Shown here piece after piece: positions 11,727 through 21,636 of a DNA stretch of 45,455 bases. Under the pieces are notes generated by a model, which made no database searches, was not told the origin of the DNA, and worked only from the letters and a program-made list of their open reading frames with translations. A program made the translations under genes and the position numbers. The DNA lies in contig CAXMPY010000001.1 in the NCBI GenBank assembly GCA_964195275.1, forward strand, positions 1 to 45,455. The letters are read 5' to 3'. The stretch is from an uncultured Rhodobacteraceae bacterium (GTDB lineage Bacteria > Pseudomonadota > Alphaproteobacteria > Rhodobacterales > Rhodobacteraceae). Position 1 is the stretch's first letter, and every line of letters begins with the position of its first letter.

Positions 11727-12656
11727 ATGATAGCCGACCGCCCGCTTTTGGGAATTTCACTTATGCTTGGGTTTTGCGTATTGGCCCCGCTGGGGGACGC
11801 CATCGCAAAATTATTGGGCGACACAATCCCGTTGGGGATGTTATTGGCAACTCGGTTTGCGGTGCAGGTGGCCCTGTTGGCACCCCTGATGTTTTTTGCG
11901 GTCCAAAACTTGCGAATATCGCGGCGTATTTTTTCGCTGATCGTATTGCGCGCGGTTCTGCATATCCTGGGGATTGGCGCGATGTTCTTAAGTCTGCGGT
12001 TCCTGCCGCTGGCAGATGCAATTGCCATTGCTTTCGTGATGCCGTTCATCATGTTAATTCTGGGCAAGACTGTGCTGAATGAAATCGTAGGTCCGCACCG
12101 GTTGGCGGCCTGCATTGTCGGCTTCATCGGTACTTTGCTGGTAATACAGCCAAATTTTGCCGCCGTCGGACCACCGGCATTGTTACCCTTGTTTGTTGCC
12201 GTCGATTTCGCGCTGTTCATGTTGGTGACACGCGCAATCGCCAAACAGATTGATCCGATACCATTGCAGTTCATCAGTGGAATGCTGGCTTTTGTGATCT
12301 TAATCCCGGTCGTGTTAGTTTTAGCGAATACCTACGTGATGCCACAGTTTGTGCTGCCTACAGTCCCGGAAACCAGCCTGCTATTGTTGTTGGGCACGCT
12401 TGGCACAATTGCGCATTTGTTAATGTCGTGTTCGCTGCGTTATGCGCCAGCGGCCACACTGGCGCCAATGCAATATCTGGAAATCCCGGTGGCCACTTTC
12501 GTCGGCTGGCTAATTTTTCATGATTTGCCAAACGGTCTGGCAGCCTTGGGGATTGTCATCACTATTGCAGCCGGGCTTTATGTGATTTGGCGCGAACGGG
12601 TTATTTCCCACAAAGCGATGCCACAACCGCACGCAACGCCTGGGTTGGCAAAATAA
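11727..12656 (+). CDS. DMT-superfamily (EamA-like) permease
   Basis: 309-aa polytopic membrane protein of about 10 TM segments with two EamA-like halves. Confidence 0.75.
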   Translation: MIADRPLLGISLMLGFCVLAPLGDAIAKLLGDTIPLGMLLATRFAVQVALLAPLMFFAVQNLRISRRIFSLIVLRAVLHILGIGAMFLSLRFLPLADAIAIAFVMPFIMLILGKTVLNEIVGPHRLAACIVGFIGTLLVIQPNFAAVGPPALLPLFVAVDFALFMLVTRAIAKQIDPIPLQFISGMLAFVILIPVVLVLANTYVMPQFVLPTVPETSLLLLLGTLGTIAHLLMSCSLRYAPAATLAPMQYLEIPVATFVGWLIFHDLPNGLAALGIVITIAAGLYVIWRERVISHKAMPQPHATPGLAK

Positions 12657-13266
12657 GCAACATTCCCGGTTCAAAAAATTCCAGACGCACTAATCCGTTT
12701 GTTGCGCGATTAGAAGTCCCAATAGGCCCGCCCGGTGCAAATTTCAGTCCGGCTATTGGCCATTCCAGACCCGCTGAAGTTCCCTGCGTTGCTTGCAGCG
12801 GAAATAGCGAAAGCCGCGATCCGGGCTCAAGCACCAGTTCAATTGGACCCTTCAGCGCCAGCACCAAATCGTCCTCGCCCAACAAAACGCATTTCTGCCG
12901 GTCATGGCGCACCAATGAATTAAGGGCCGCAAGCTGATGATCAAGGCGTCTACCAAGAAACCCAACACCCAATATTAACGGCGCATCAATGTGGCGCAGG
13001 CATTTGTCAAAATCGGTGGAGTCTTGCTCGGCCAGATAAAACTGTCTGGATTCTGGAATATTGCGCAATAGGGCCTTATCTATCGAATCAAAGTCGCCGA
13101 TCACCTTTTTTGGGGTCATGCCATAATTTAGCGCCAATTCGGCCCCACCATCTGCGGCAACCAAATACGGGGCGAATTCCAGTGCAGTACTTAGTTGGCC
13201 CTTACTGGCTTGGCCCGCACCGACCAAAGTTACATTTTTGGATGTCTGAACAATGATATCTCTCAT
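12601..13266 (-). CDS. Thiamine pyrophosphokinase
   Basis: The GDFDS motif and overall TPK pattern (VAADGG...VIGDFDSI...DHQLA) are present. The start is placed at ATG 13266 (MRDIIVQTSKNV...), giving a typical length of about 221 aa. The 3' end overlaps the convergent DMT gene by 56 nt. Confidence 0.75.
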   Translation of the reverse strand: MRDIIVQTSKNVTLVGAGQASKGQLSTALEFAPYLVAADGGAELALNYGMTPKKVIGDFDSIDKALLRNIPESRQFYLAEQDSTDFDKCLRHIDAPLILGVGFLGRRLDHQLAALNSLVRHDRQKCVLLGEDDLVLALKGPIELVLEPGSRLSLFPLQATQGTSAGLEWPIAGLKFAPGGPIGTSNRATNGLVRLEFFEPGMLLILPTQALRAVVASLCGK

Positions 13267-13407
13267 GCCACAATTGCCATCGGTTTTGGAAACAATCCAT
13301 AATTTGGCCGTATTATTATCACGGGCTTTACCTAGGTCTGTTCCTATTTGTGAACGATTGGATGGTAAACACACAGTTGCTGGATCGGGGGAGAAAGCGA
13401 AAGAACG

Positions 13408-15273
13408 ATGGTAGGACCAAGTAAAATCCTGACTGTATCTTATGGTACATTTTCGTGCACGTTAGAAGGGTTTGATAACCCGTTCTCGACGATGCGAGGT
13501 ATTGCCGAATATTTTCGGGACCTCGCGGCTGATGACAGATACTTTGGCGCTGAGCCGCCGATCCCGGACGCAGAGATGCTGCACAGGATCGCCGAGGCCG
13601 ACGCCCATAAACGCGTGGTTGCCCATGTTGAAAACAATGGCGTAACATTGCGCCAGGTTGAGGACGCAGACACGGCCGAATTGGCGCCTGTACCAAGTGT
13701 CGCAGCAGTGCCAGAGGCACAGTTTTCTGACCCTTTTGTTGATGAGCCGGCCGATATAGTGGCCCTGAACGAACCTTCCGAGGTTCAAGCCGAAAGCGTG
13801 GCCGCAAAACTTGCCCGCATTCGCGCGGTCGTCTCACACAAAAATGTGGCCACAGACATAGATGAACGGTCAGAAGACGCAGTATTTTCAAACGCACCGA
13901 TCTCGGCCGCATTTGAAGATACCAACGCAGGTTTTGACGACACACTTGAAATTGCAGAGGTTTCACCTGTACCGGATCCAGAACCGGTTCAGGATAATAT
14001 TGAACCGATGGCCTATGTTGCAGCGGCAGCTGAAGAATTGCCCGACCCGGTACTCGAAATCGCGCCTGTAGCAGAAACGGAACCATTTCAAGAAGCAGTT
14101 TTTGACCCAGGCGAAGCCGCTGAACCAGTATTAGAAGATCAAACAGATACGGGCGATGACGTTGCATCTGACGCAATGGAAGCAACGGCCGAAAACGATG
14201 CCCAACAAGAAGCCGATCCAAAGCTCGAACCGGTAGATTCTCAGACAATTGCCCAATTCATGGGTGAACCCGACAGCGACGAAGAAGCTGTTGAGACCGA
14301 CGATGCCGAGGCGACTTACGACCCTGACGCGTTTGCTATTTCTCAGGTCGTAAAAATGCGCCGTTCTGAGTTTGACGCCGCCACAGAAACTGCCGAAAGC
14401 GACGTTGATGATCAGGCAGAACTTGGGCAAGCCCCCGAGGTAGACATCGAACACAACGATGGTTCTAGCTTATCCGCCGATGATGAAGCCGAACTGATGG
14501 CCAATCTGGCCGAAGTTCAGCGCAAAGCAGAAGTCGAGGAACGATCTGAAAAAGAAGGCCGTGCGCTGCTGGAAAACAAAGACATCGAATCCAGTGGGGA
14601 ATCGGTTTCGCGTATACTTGAAGTCACCAATAGCGAGATGGAAGAAACCGAAGGAACGCGGCGCAGAACGGCCATAGCCCACCTTAAGGCAGCTGTGGCA
14701 GCGACACGCGCTGACAAATTCCTGACGTCAAAACGCAAAAAAAATGAAGTTGAAGAAATAAACCAGTATCGCGACGATCTGGCAAAAGTTGTGAAACCGC
14801 GTCGAGCTGCCCCAGAGGCCGGTAAATCCGCCCGTCAGGCACCGTTAATGCTGGTTAGTGAACAGCGGATCGATGTTTCAGTGCCAACCGCACCATTGGA
14901 TGGGCCTGCAGTTCTTCCACGTCGGATAGAAGCAGAACAAACCGCGCTTAGTGACCACGACAAGGAAAATCTATTCCTTGAAAACAATACTTTTGCTGAA
15001 TTTGCCGCTGAAATGGGCGCAAGCGAACTGCCTGATTTACTAGAGGCAGCCGCAGCCTACAGTGCCTATATTCAAGGTCAGGCGCATTTTACGCGTCCCC
15101 AGATCATGCAGGCGGTTGCCGGTATTCGCGAAGAAGAATTTAGCCGCGAAGAAGGCCTGCGATCCTTTGGTCTGCTACTGCGACGCGGTAAGATCAAGAA
15201 ACTTCAGCGCGGCCAGTTCACAATTGCTGATACCACGCGTTTCCACCCGCAACCCCGGGCCGTAGGGCAATAA
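13408..15273 (+). CDS. Conserved hypothetical protein with a long acidic low-complexity centre
   Basis: 621-aa ORF. The N-terminus is structured (ILTVSYGTFSCTLEGFDNPFSTMRGIAEYFRDLAADDRYFGAEP). A region of about 350 aa rich in D/E/A/P follows, then a basic, structured C-terminus (...RSFGLLLRRGKIKKLQRGQFTIADTTRF). I recognise no enzymatic motifs. Confidence 0.7.
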   Translation: MVGPSKILTVSYGTFSCTLEGFDNPFSTMRGIAEYFRDLAADDRYFGAEPPIPDAEMLHRIAEADAHKRVVAHVENNGVTLRQVEDADTAELAPVPSVAAVPEAQFSDPFVDEPADIVALNEPSEVQAESVAAKLARIRAVVSHKNVATDIDERSEDAVFSNAPISAAFEDTNAGFDDTLEIAEVSPVPDPEPVQDNIEPMAYVAAAAEELPDPVLEIAPVAETEPFQEAVFDPGEAAEPVLEDQTDTGDDVASDAMEATAENDAQQEADPKLEPVDSQTIAQFMGEPDSDEEAVETDDAEATYDPDAFAISQVVKMRRSEFDAATETAESDVDDQAELGQAPEVDIEHNDGSSLSADDEAELMANLAEVQRKAEVEERSEKEGRALLENKDIESSGESVSRILEVTNSEMEETEGTRRRTAIAHLKAAVAATRADKFLTSKRKKNEVEEINQYRDDLAKVVKPRRAAPEAGKSARQAPLMLVSEQRIDVSVPTAPLDGPAVLPRRIEAEQTALSDHDKENLFLENNTFAEFAAEMGASELPDLLEAAAAYSAYIQGQAHFTRPQIMQAVAGIREEEFSREEGLRSFGLLLRRGKIKKLQRGQFTIADTTRFHPQPRAVGQ

Positions 15274-15300
15274 AGAATACAGTTTTTCGACTTGGGAAAC

Positions 15301-15340
15301 AAAAATATCGGGAAGGGCTAATGCTCTTCCCGATTTTCGT
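15301..15340. terminator. Bidirectional rho-independent terminator between convergent genes
   Basis: Perfect 9-bp stem ATCGGGAAG (15307-15315) / CTTCCCGAT (15326-15334) with a 10-nt loop. It is flanked by AAAAA upstream and TTTT downstream, and its 3' arm overlaps the last codons of the DUF2842 gene. Confidence 0.7.
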
Positions 15341-15554
15341 CGTCTGCCGGGTCTGCTTTGCCAATGCCGCTAAAGATGGATTTGAATGGCAGTATCCAGA
15401 CGATCCCCAAGCCGATATAGATCAACAATTCGACCAAAATATTGGGACGGCCCAACAGGTTAACCAGGGTCACCGCCACCACGATATAAATCGGCAACCC
15501 GACCAAAAGGATAACAAGCGACCAGCGTCGCCGGGATTTGTTAGACAATGCCAT
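15318..15554 (-). CDS. DUF2842-family small membrane protein
   Basis: 78-aa two-TM ORF (RRRWSLVILLVGLPIYIVVAV...). Its start overlaps the purA stop, indicating translational coupling. Confidence 0.65.
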   Translation of the reverse strand: MALSNKSRRRWSLVILLVGLPIYIVVAVTLVNLLGRPNILVELLIYIGLGIVWILPFKSIFSGIGKADPADDENREEH

Positions 15555-16846
15555 CAGTCAACAAACGGGTCAGTTACAAGGATGGTGTCTTCGCGTTCCG
15601 GCGACGTTGATACCATAGCTGCCGGGCATTTGATCAATTCCTCAACCCGGCGCACATATTTGATGGCGTTGGCGGGCAATTCGGCCCAGCTGCGCGCGCC
15701 TTCCGTGCTTTGCGCCCAGCCCGGCATGGTTTCATAAATCGGCGTACACCGGGCCTGTTGATCGGCGGCTGTTGGCAAATGGTCAATCTGTCGCCCGTCA
15801 AGTTCATAGGCCACGCAAATTTTCAATTCCTCGAACCCGTCCAAAACATCCAGTTTCGTTAACGCGATACCGTTCATGCCTGATGTCGCGCAGGTTTGAC
15901 GGACCAATACTGCATCAAACCAGCCACAGCGGCGCTTGCGCCCGGTGTTGGTGCCAAATTCGTGGCCGCGTTCACCCAGCCGCTGACCGACTTCATCATC
16001 CAGTTCGGCCGGAAACGGACCTTCGCCGACACGGGTTGTGTAGGCTTTTACGATGCCAAGAACAAAGTCGATCCCGCCCGGGCCAATGCCAGAACCTGTC
16101 GCCGCTTGCCCAGCAATGACATTGGATGACGTCACAAACGGGTAGGTTCCAAAATCAATATCCAGCAGCGCGCCCTGTGCGCCTTCAAACAAGATGCGCT
16201 TACCGGCCTGTCGTTTTTCATTCAAAATTTTCCAAACCGGGGCCGCATAGGGCAACACCGTTGGCGCGATCTCACGCAATTGTGCCAATAGTGCCGCGCG
16301 ATCAATTTCGGGCAGGCCCAGCCCGCGGCGCAGTGCATCGTGATGCACCAGTGCGCGGTCAACCCGCAACTCAAGGGTGGCATCATCCGCCAAGTCAGCA
16401 ACGCGAATAGCCCGGCGGCCAACCTTGTCTTCATAGGCCGGGCCAATGCCGCGACCCGTTGTGCCGATCTTGGCCACTGAATTTTGGCTTTCTCGCGCCC
16501 GGTCCAATTCACCGTGTATGGGCAGGATCAGCACACAGTTTTCCGCGATCAAAAGATTTTCAGGTGTTATTTCAACGCCTTGGGCGCGTATTCTTGCGAC
16601 TTCTTCGCGGAAATGCCAGGGGTCCAGAACAACACCGTTGCCAATCACCGACAGTTTGCCGCCCCGCACGATACCCGATGGCAGCGCGGCCAATTTGAAG
16701 ACTTCACCATCGATAACCAACGTGTGGCCCGCATTGTGGCCACCCTGAAACCGAACAATAATATCGGCGCGTTCCGACAGCCAATCGACCAGCTTGCCTT
16801 TTCCCTCGTCACCCCATTGGGCGCCGACGACAACAACGTTAGCCAT
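15554..16846 (-). CDS. purA: Adenylosuccinate synthase
   Basis: Starts [18 protein letters not shown] (P-loop of PurA) at ATG 16846, giving 430 aa. Confidence 0.95.
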   Translation of the reverse strand: MANVVVVGAQWGDEGKGKLVDWLSERADIIVRFQGGHNAGHTLVIDGEVFKLAALPSGIVRGGKLSVIGNGVVLDPWHFREEVARIRAQGVEITPENLLIAENCVLILPIHGELDRARESQNSVAKIGTTGRGIGPAYEDKVGRRAIRVADLADDATLELRVDRALVHHDALRRGLGLPEIDRAALLAQLREIAPTVLPYAAPVWKILNEKRQAGKRILFEGAQGALLDIDFGTYPFVTSSNVIAGQAATGSGIGPGGIDFVLGIVKAYTTRVGEGPFPAELDDEVGQRLGERGHEFGTNTGRKRRCGWFDAVLVRQTCATSGMNGIALTKLDVLDGFEELKICVAYELDGRQIDHLPTAADQQARCTPIYETMPGWAQSTEGARSWAELPANAIKYVRRVEELIKCPAAMVSTSPEREDTILVTDPFVD

Positions 16847-16977
16847 GAATGATCCTTTAAAAACGGCGAAACCCGGCCCGCTATAGCGGCAGAAATGCCT
16901 GTGCGAAACCATTATTTCGCCAAAGGGCTAGACAGAACCCAGCATTTCTTGCGATTCTGGGGAAAACGGGGTCGATT

Positions 16978-17373
16978 ATGATGTTTTTGCTTCGGTGGAG
17001 TTTTGCGTTCGCACTGGTTGCGGCGACGATCAATCCCACGCAATGGAATTTTATCTACTGGGCCAGAAATTACTATTCACAAGAGCTGCCGCTAACAGTC
17101 CTGTTTGGCCTGGTGTTGCTGATCGGCTACGTGATTTATCTGCGCGCCACGCTGCGCAGCATCGGCGGGGTCGGTATGGCGCTGATATTCGCGGTCTTTG
17201 CGGCGTTTTTGTGGGTGCTGTGGGATCAGGGTATACTGACCTTTAACAATTCCGACCTGGACGGCTGGATGGGAATATTGGGGATCTCGTTCATTCTGGG
17301 AATCGGTCTATCATGGAGCTTTGTGCGCCGCGCGATCACCGGGCAGTTTGATGTTGATGACGCGGACAACTAA
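16978..17373 (+). CDS. Small integral membrane protein (4 predicted TM), function unknown
   Basis: 131-aa hydrophobic ORF with an acidic C-terminus (QFDVDDADN). Confidence 0.55.
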   Translation: MMFLLRWSFAFALVAATINPTQWNFIYWARNYYSQELPLTVLFGLVLLIGYVIYLRATLRSIGGVGMALIFAVFAAFLWVLWDQGILTFNNSDLDGWMGILGISFILGIGLSWSFVRRAITGQFDVDDADN

Positions 17374-17395
17374 TCCGGTATCGGCTTTGACTTTC

Positions 17396-17878
17396 TTAGT
17401 CCAAAGGGTATTTTGTTGCCGAAAAACGATGGTAAATCGTCGCGGCCGCCACCATGATCACGCTGCCCAGCAGCACCGGGAAAATTAGGAAACCAAGCCC
17501 CGGATCGATGGCAAATACCACCAGCGGGTTCGCACCGGCCGGAGGGTGTGTGACCCGCAATGCCGCCATCGCCGAAATTGCCAAACCAACAGCGATTGCC
17601 CCGGCCCACCAGGTGTCTGGCATAGCGTAGGCTGCGCCAAGGCCGATACCCGTCGCCAGCAAATGGCCACCAATAACGTTCATAGGCTGACTTAGGGGGC
17701 TGCCAGGAACCGAAAACAACAGCACACTGGTCGCCCCAAACGGGATCATCAGAAACAAAGCACCGCTAAGACTGGTCAAGGCACCCACAAGACCAATTGC
17801 AATGCACGCGCCTAACCCGGCCAACAACCATTGTGCGGGTTGCGCAGGCGGCTGGTGGCGCATTAGAAATCGTCGCAT
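17396..17878 (-). CDS. HPP-family membrane protein
   Basis: Hydrophobic ORF containing the HPP motif (RVTHPPAGANP). The start is uncertain: ATG 17878 is preferred and the ORF-track maximum is 17980. Confidence 0.65.
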   Translation of the reverse strand: MRRFLMRHQPPAQPAQWLLAGLGACIAIGLVGALTSLSGALFLMIPFGATSVLLFSVPGSPLSQPMNVIGGHLLATGIGLGAAYAMPDTWWAGAIAVGLAISAMAALRVTHPPAGANPLVVFAIDPGLGFLIFPVLLGSVIMVAAATIYHRFSATKYPLD

Positions 17879-18080
17879 AGGGCACCTATCTTGCTGGTCT
17901 GTTTGTTTATTTCGCCAACTGGATGTAGCGGATTCAGGCCAGAGTGCAACATTTGGCCGAATTGGTTTCATGGATTGCACCTACAATTGTGCGGCAATCG
18001 CCCATTATCCGTCCTTTGGGGGTTGCAGCAATAGTGCCGAGCCTCTAGGTACTTCTCGTTCAAACAACCCTAGGCGGGCT

Positions 18081-18443
18081 ATGGAAAACGTCGTTCTTGT
18101 CATCCACCTGATCTTGGCACTTTGCCTGATCGGCGTCGTGCTATTGCAACGCTCTGAAGGCGGTGGGTTGGGCATGGGCGGTGGCGGTGCGGGCGGTGCT
18201 GTTTCATCGCGCGGCATTGCAACAGCATTGGGAAAATTGACCTGGGCATTTGCGATCGCGTTTATCGCTACGTCGATCACGCTGACAATAATTTCTGCGA
18301 AAAATTCGGCCAACAGTTCGGTTGTAGATCGATTGGGCGCAGCACCTGCTGCCAGCCACGGCGCACCTGCGGCACCTGCAGGCGAAGACCTGTTGCCACC
18401 TGGGGCGACAGACGATCCACTTGTCCAGCCACCGGCGGAATAG
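18081..18443 (+). CDS. secG: Preprotein translocase subunit SecG
   Basis: From ATG 18081 it reads MENVVLVIHLILALCLIGVVLLQRSEGGGLG..., the canonical SecG N-terminus, and lies upstream of pyrG as in many bacteria. Confidence 0.85.
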   Translation: MENVVLVIHLILALCLIGVVLLQRSEGGGLGMGGGGAGGAVSSRGIATALGKLTWAFAIAFIATSITLTIISAKNSANSSVVDRLGAAPAASHGAPAAPAGEDLLPPGATDDPLVQPPAE

Positions 18444-18611
18444 CGCCCCGCCTACCACCGATTGTTAACGCAAGAATTTGACTAGCATTATGTTGGGTCT
18501 TGGTTGCGCGCAACTAACGAATCTGTTACCTGTCAAATCCCGTGATGATGTGGTTTCGAACACCATATTTTGCATCAAATTGGTAACTTTTCACGGGGGC
18601 TATCCACCTAA

Positions 18612-20255
18612 ATGGCGCGTTTTGTTTTTATCACCGGTGGTGTGGTTTCTTCGCTTGGCAAAGGGTTGGCATCGGCTGCACTGGGCGCAATTTTGCAAGC
18701 CCGTGGTTACACTGTGCGGCTGCGCAAGCTTGATCCCTATTTAAACGTAGACCCCGGCACCATGAGCCCGTTTGAACACGGCGAGGTATTTGTCACCGAT
18801 GATGGTGCCGAAACTGATCTGGATCTGGGGCATTACGAAAGGTTCACCGGCGTTGCCGCCCGCAATACAGATTCGATTTCTTCCGGCCGGGTTTATTCCA
18901 CCGTGCTGGAAAAAGAACGCCGCGGCGACTATCTGGGCAAGACCATTCAGGTCATTCCCCATGTTACCAACGAAATAAAGGATTTCATTTCGATTGGCGA
19001 AAACGAAGTTGATTTCATGTTGTGCGAAATTGGCGGCACAGTGGGCGACATCGAAGGTCTGCCGTTCTTTGAGGCGATCCGACAGTTTGCCCAGGAAAAA
19101 CCGCGCGACGACTGCGTTTTTATGCATTTGACGCTGCTGCCCTTTCTTGCGGCATCGGGTGAGCTAAAAACCAAACCTACCCAACATTCTGTCAAAGAAT
19201 TAAGATCGATCGGCATCGCGCCAGATGTGTTGGTTTGCCGGTCAGAACACAAAATTCCGACCAAAGAACGCACTAAAATTGGCCTGTTTTGCAACGTCCG
19301 CGAAGATTCTGTGATCCCAGCTTACGATCTGAAATCGATCTACGAGGCCCCGCTGGCCTATCACAAGGTCGGGTTGGATTCTGCGGTTTTGCGCGCTTTT
19401 GGTATTGAAGATGCGCCCGAACCAGACATGCAACGATGGATCGACGTTGAAGATCGCATTCACAATGCCGAAGGCAAGGTGCGCATCGCCATTGTTGGCA
19501 AATACACCCAACTTGAAGACGCCTATAAATCCATCGCCGAGGCCCTGACCCATGGCGGCATGGCCAACCGGGTAAAGGTTCAAGTTGAATGGGTGGATGC
19601 CGAAATATTTGAACACGACGATCCTGCCCCGCATCTGCAAGGCTTCCATGCCATCCTTGTTCCCGGCGGGTTTGGTGAACGCGGTACCGAAGGAAAAATT
19701 CGGGCAGCGCAGTTTGCCCGCGAAAAAGGCGTGCCCTATTTGGGCATCTGTCTTGGCATGCAAATGGCGGTGATCGAAGCGGCGCGAAATCTCGCAGGAT
19801 TGCCCGATGCCGGTTCTGAAGAATTTGATCACGAGGCTGGCAAAAAGCGTTTTACCCCTGTGGTTTACCATTTGAAAGAATGGATACAGGGCAATAATAC
19901 AGTCAACCGGAATGTTGGTGACGACAAAGGCGGCACGATGCGGTTGGGTGCTTATTCCGCGGCGCTAAGCAGCGGCTCCCGCGTGGCCGAGATTTACTGT
20001 TCAGAGAATATCGAGGAACGCCACCGCCATCGCTACGAGGTTGACACCAAATACCGCGAACAGCTGGAAGAACAGGGTTTGGTCTTTTCAGGCATGTCGC
20101 CGGATGGTCGGTTGCCTGAAATTGTTGAATGGCAGGATCATCCCTGGTTTATCGGGGTGCAATTTCACCCTGAATTAAAATCAAAACCGTTTGATCCACA
20201 CCCGTTGTTCAAAGATTTTGTACGCGCCGCCACAGAAGTATCCCGCCTGGTTTAG
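18612..20255 (+). CDS. pyrG: CTP synthase
   Basis: 547-aa [21 protein letters not shown]... with a C-terminal glutamine amidotransferase domain (GICLGMQ). Confidence 0.97.
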   Translation: MARFVFITGGVVSSLGKGLASAALGAILQARGYTVRLRKLDPYLNVDPGTMSPFEHGEVFVTDDGAETDLDLGHYERFTGVAARNTDSISSGRVYSTVLEKERRGDYLGKTIQVIPHVTNEIKDFISIGENEVDFMLCEIGGTVGDIEGLPFFEAIRQFAQEKPRDDCVFMHLTLLPFLAASGELKTKPTQHSVKELRSIGIAPDVLVCRSEHKIPTKERTKIGLFCNVREDSVIPAYDLKSIYEAPLAYHKVGLDSAVLRAFGIEDAPEPDMQRWIDVEDRIHNAEGKVRIAIVGKYTQLEDAYKSIAEALTHGGMANRVKVQVEWVDAEIFEHDDPAPHLQGFHAILVPGGFGERGTEGKIRAAQFAREKGVPYLGICLGMQMAVIEAARNLAGLPDAGSEEFDHEAGKKRFTPVVYHLKEWIQGNNTVNRNVGDDKGGTMRLGAYSAALSSGSRVAEIYCSENIEERHRHRYEVDTKYREQLEEQGLVFSGMSPDGRLPEIVEWQDHPWFIGVQFHPELKSKPFDPHPLFKDFVRAATEVSRLV

Positions 20256-20346
20256 GCCTTCGGCAACGCCTAAATTGATCAGATATTTTAACTAATTATT
20301 GCCTCTGGTCTTTTCGGACGGCGGTGACTGACATATATACTATATT

Positions 20347-20787
20347 ATGTTTGCAGATTTTCTTAAACGTCTCACCGAACCTGACCCTGCGCAATTGCAT
20401 GATGCGGATGCGCGCCTTGCGCTGACGGCCTTGTTGGTGCGCATCGCCAAAAGTGATGGTGACTATGCAGCGGTTGAGATCGCGCTAATCGATCAAGTCA
20501 TTGCCGCGCGCTATGGATTGAGCCCGGCCGACGTCGCTGCGCTTCGAAACGACGCCGAAACGCTAGAGCACGAGGCACCAGACACCGTGCGCTTTACCCG
20601 CGCGATCAAAGAAGCCGTGCCCTATGTCGACCGTGAAGGTGTGATTGAATCACTATGGCAGATCGTATTGGCGGATGGTGTGCGCGATCAGGAAGAAAAC
20701 GCACTGCTGCGGTTGGTCGCCGATCTGTTAGGTGTGAATGACCGTGATAGTAATCTGGCGCGCAGGCGGGTCCAAACCCAGACATGA
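20347..20787 (+). CDS. TerB-family (tellurite resistance TerB-like) protein
   Basis: 146-aa ORF with the TerB-like helical pattern (ALLVRIAKSDGDYAAVE...LWQIVLADGVRDQEENALLRLVADLLGV). Confidence 0.65.
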   Translation: MFADFLKRLTEPDPAQLHDADARLALTALLVRIAKSDGDYAAVEIALIDQVIAARYGLSPADVAALRNDAETLEHEAPDTVRFTRAIKEAVPYVDREGVIESLWQIVLADGVRDQEENALLRLVADLLGVNDRDSNLARRRVQTQT

Positions 20788-21512
20788 TAGCCTCGCTTGG
20801 CATGTATGACCGTCCCGAAACGGCCGCTGCCAACGACGCGCTTTGGGCCGGAATTTGGCGGGTTTTGGGGTATGGGCCCGAATATTTAGACCGAACAACC
20901 GCGGAAATGGACATCTGGCAGAGCCCCGATCTGGTGTTTTCGCAAACATGTGGCATGCCCTATCGGCTGGGTTTGCATGAAACCGTGCAACTTGTTGGAA
21001 CTCCAGACTATGGCTTTGCTGATGTTCCGGCAGGATACTATTATTCGGTATTTGTTGTCCGCAAAGATGACGACAGCGATCTGGCAGACTACCAGGATCG
21101 CATATTGGCCTATAACGAACCGACGTCACAATCGGGTTGGGCCGCGCCGCAAAACCATGTTTTTGGGTTGGGGTTTCAGTTTGAAAAACTGTTGCGCAGC
21201 GGCGGGCATATTGCCAGTGCACATGCCGTGGCAAATAGAACGGCAGACATCGCGGCGCTGGACGTTGTCACCTGGCGGCTGATGTGTACCTATGATGCGC
21301 TGGCAAACGATCTAAAAGTCATTCAGACGACATCTCCGACCCCAGGATTACCATTCATTACCGGCCCCAAATCTGACGCAAGCGCAATTCTCAGCGCCGC
21401 CATCGCGGCCCGGGACACCCTAAGCGCCGAACATCAAAAAATCTTGGGTATCCGCAAGATAGTAAGCATTGATACGGCGATCTACCTAAGCGTGCGAACG
21501 CCCCCTACCTAA
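20784..21512 (+). CDS. PhnD/SsuA-like substrate-binding-fold protein lacking a signal peptide
   Basis: 242-aa ORF (MIASLGMYDRPETAAANDALW...) resembling the COG3221 phosphonate-binding fold, with no N-terminal signal sequence. Its ATG overlaps the TerB-like stop (ATGA). Confidence 0.55.
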   Translation: MIASLGMYDRPETAAANDALWAGIWRVLGYGPEYLDRTTAEMDIWQSPDLVFSQTCGMPYRLGLHETVQLVGTPDYGFADVPAGYYYSVFVVRKDDDSDLADYQDRILAYNEPTSQSGWAAPQNHVFGLGFQFEKLLRSGGHIASAHAVANRTADIAALDVVTWRLMCTYDALANDLKVIQTTSPTPGLPFITGPKSDASAILSAAIAARDTLSAEHQKILGIRKIVSIDTAIYLSVRTPPT

Positions 21513-21636
21513 GGGATATTTTTACCGATAAATCCCAATTTAGCCAAAAAATGTCGCTAAAAATTGGCTTTGGCGTTGCATGTTTTTGAAATACCAGCCC
21601 AGTTGAACGAGCATTTAATGGGAAACTCGTCTGCTT

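Noticed and set aside
11699-12274. 191-aa minus-strand ORF antisense to the DMT permease, plus similar long antisense ORFs at 2772..3641, 19242..19871, 20728..21234, 25156..25710 and 43162..43776
   Set aside because: All overlap well-supported genes on the opposite strand and have biased, low-complexity translations. They are typical antisense artefacts of moderately GC-rich coding DNA.
13328-14248. 306-aa minus-strand ORF lying entirely antisense to the acidic protein gene
   Set aside because: The L/R/P/Q-rich low-complexity sequence is what the reverse complement of GAx/GCx-rich acidic codons produces, and it is stop-free for that reason. It has no RBS and no protein-like features.
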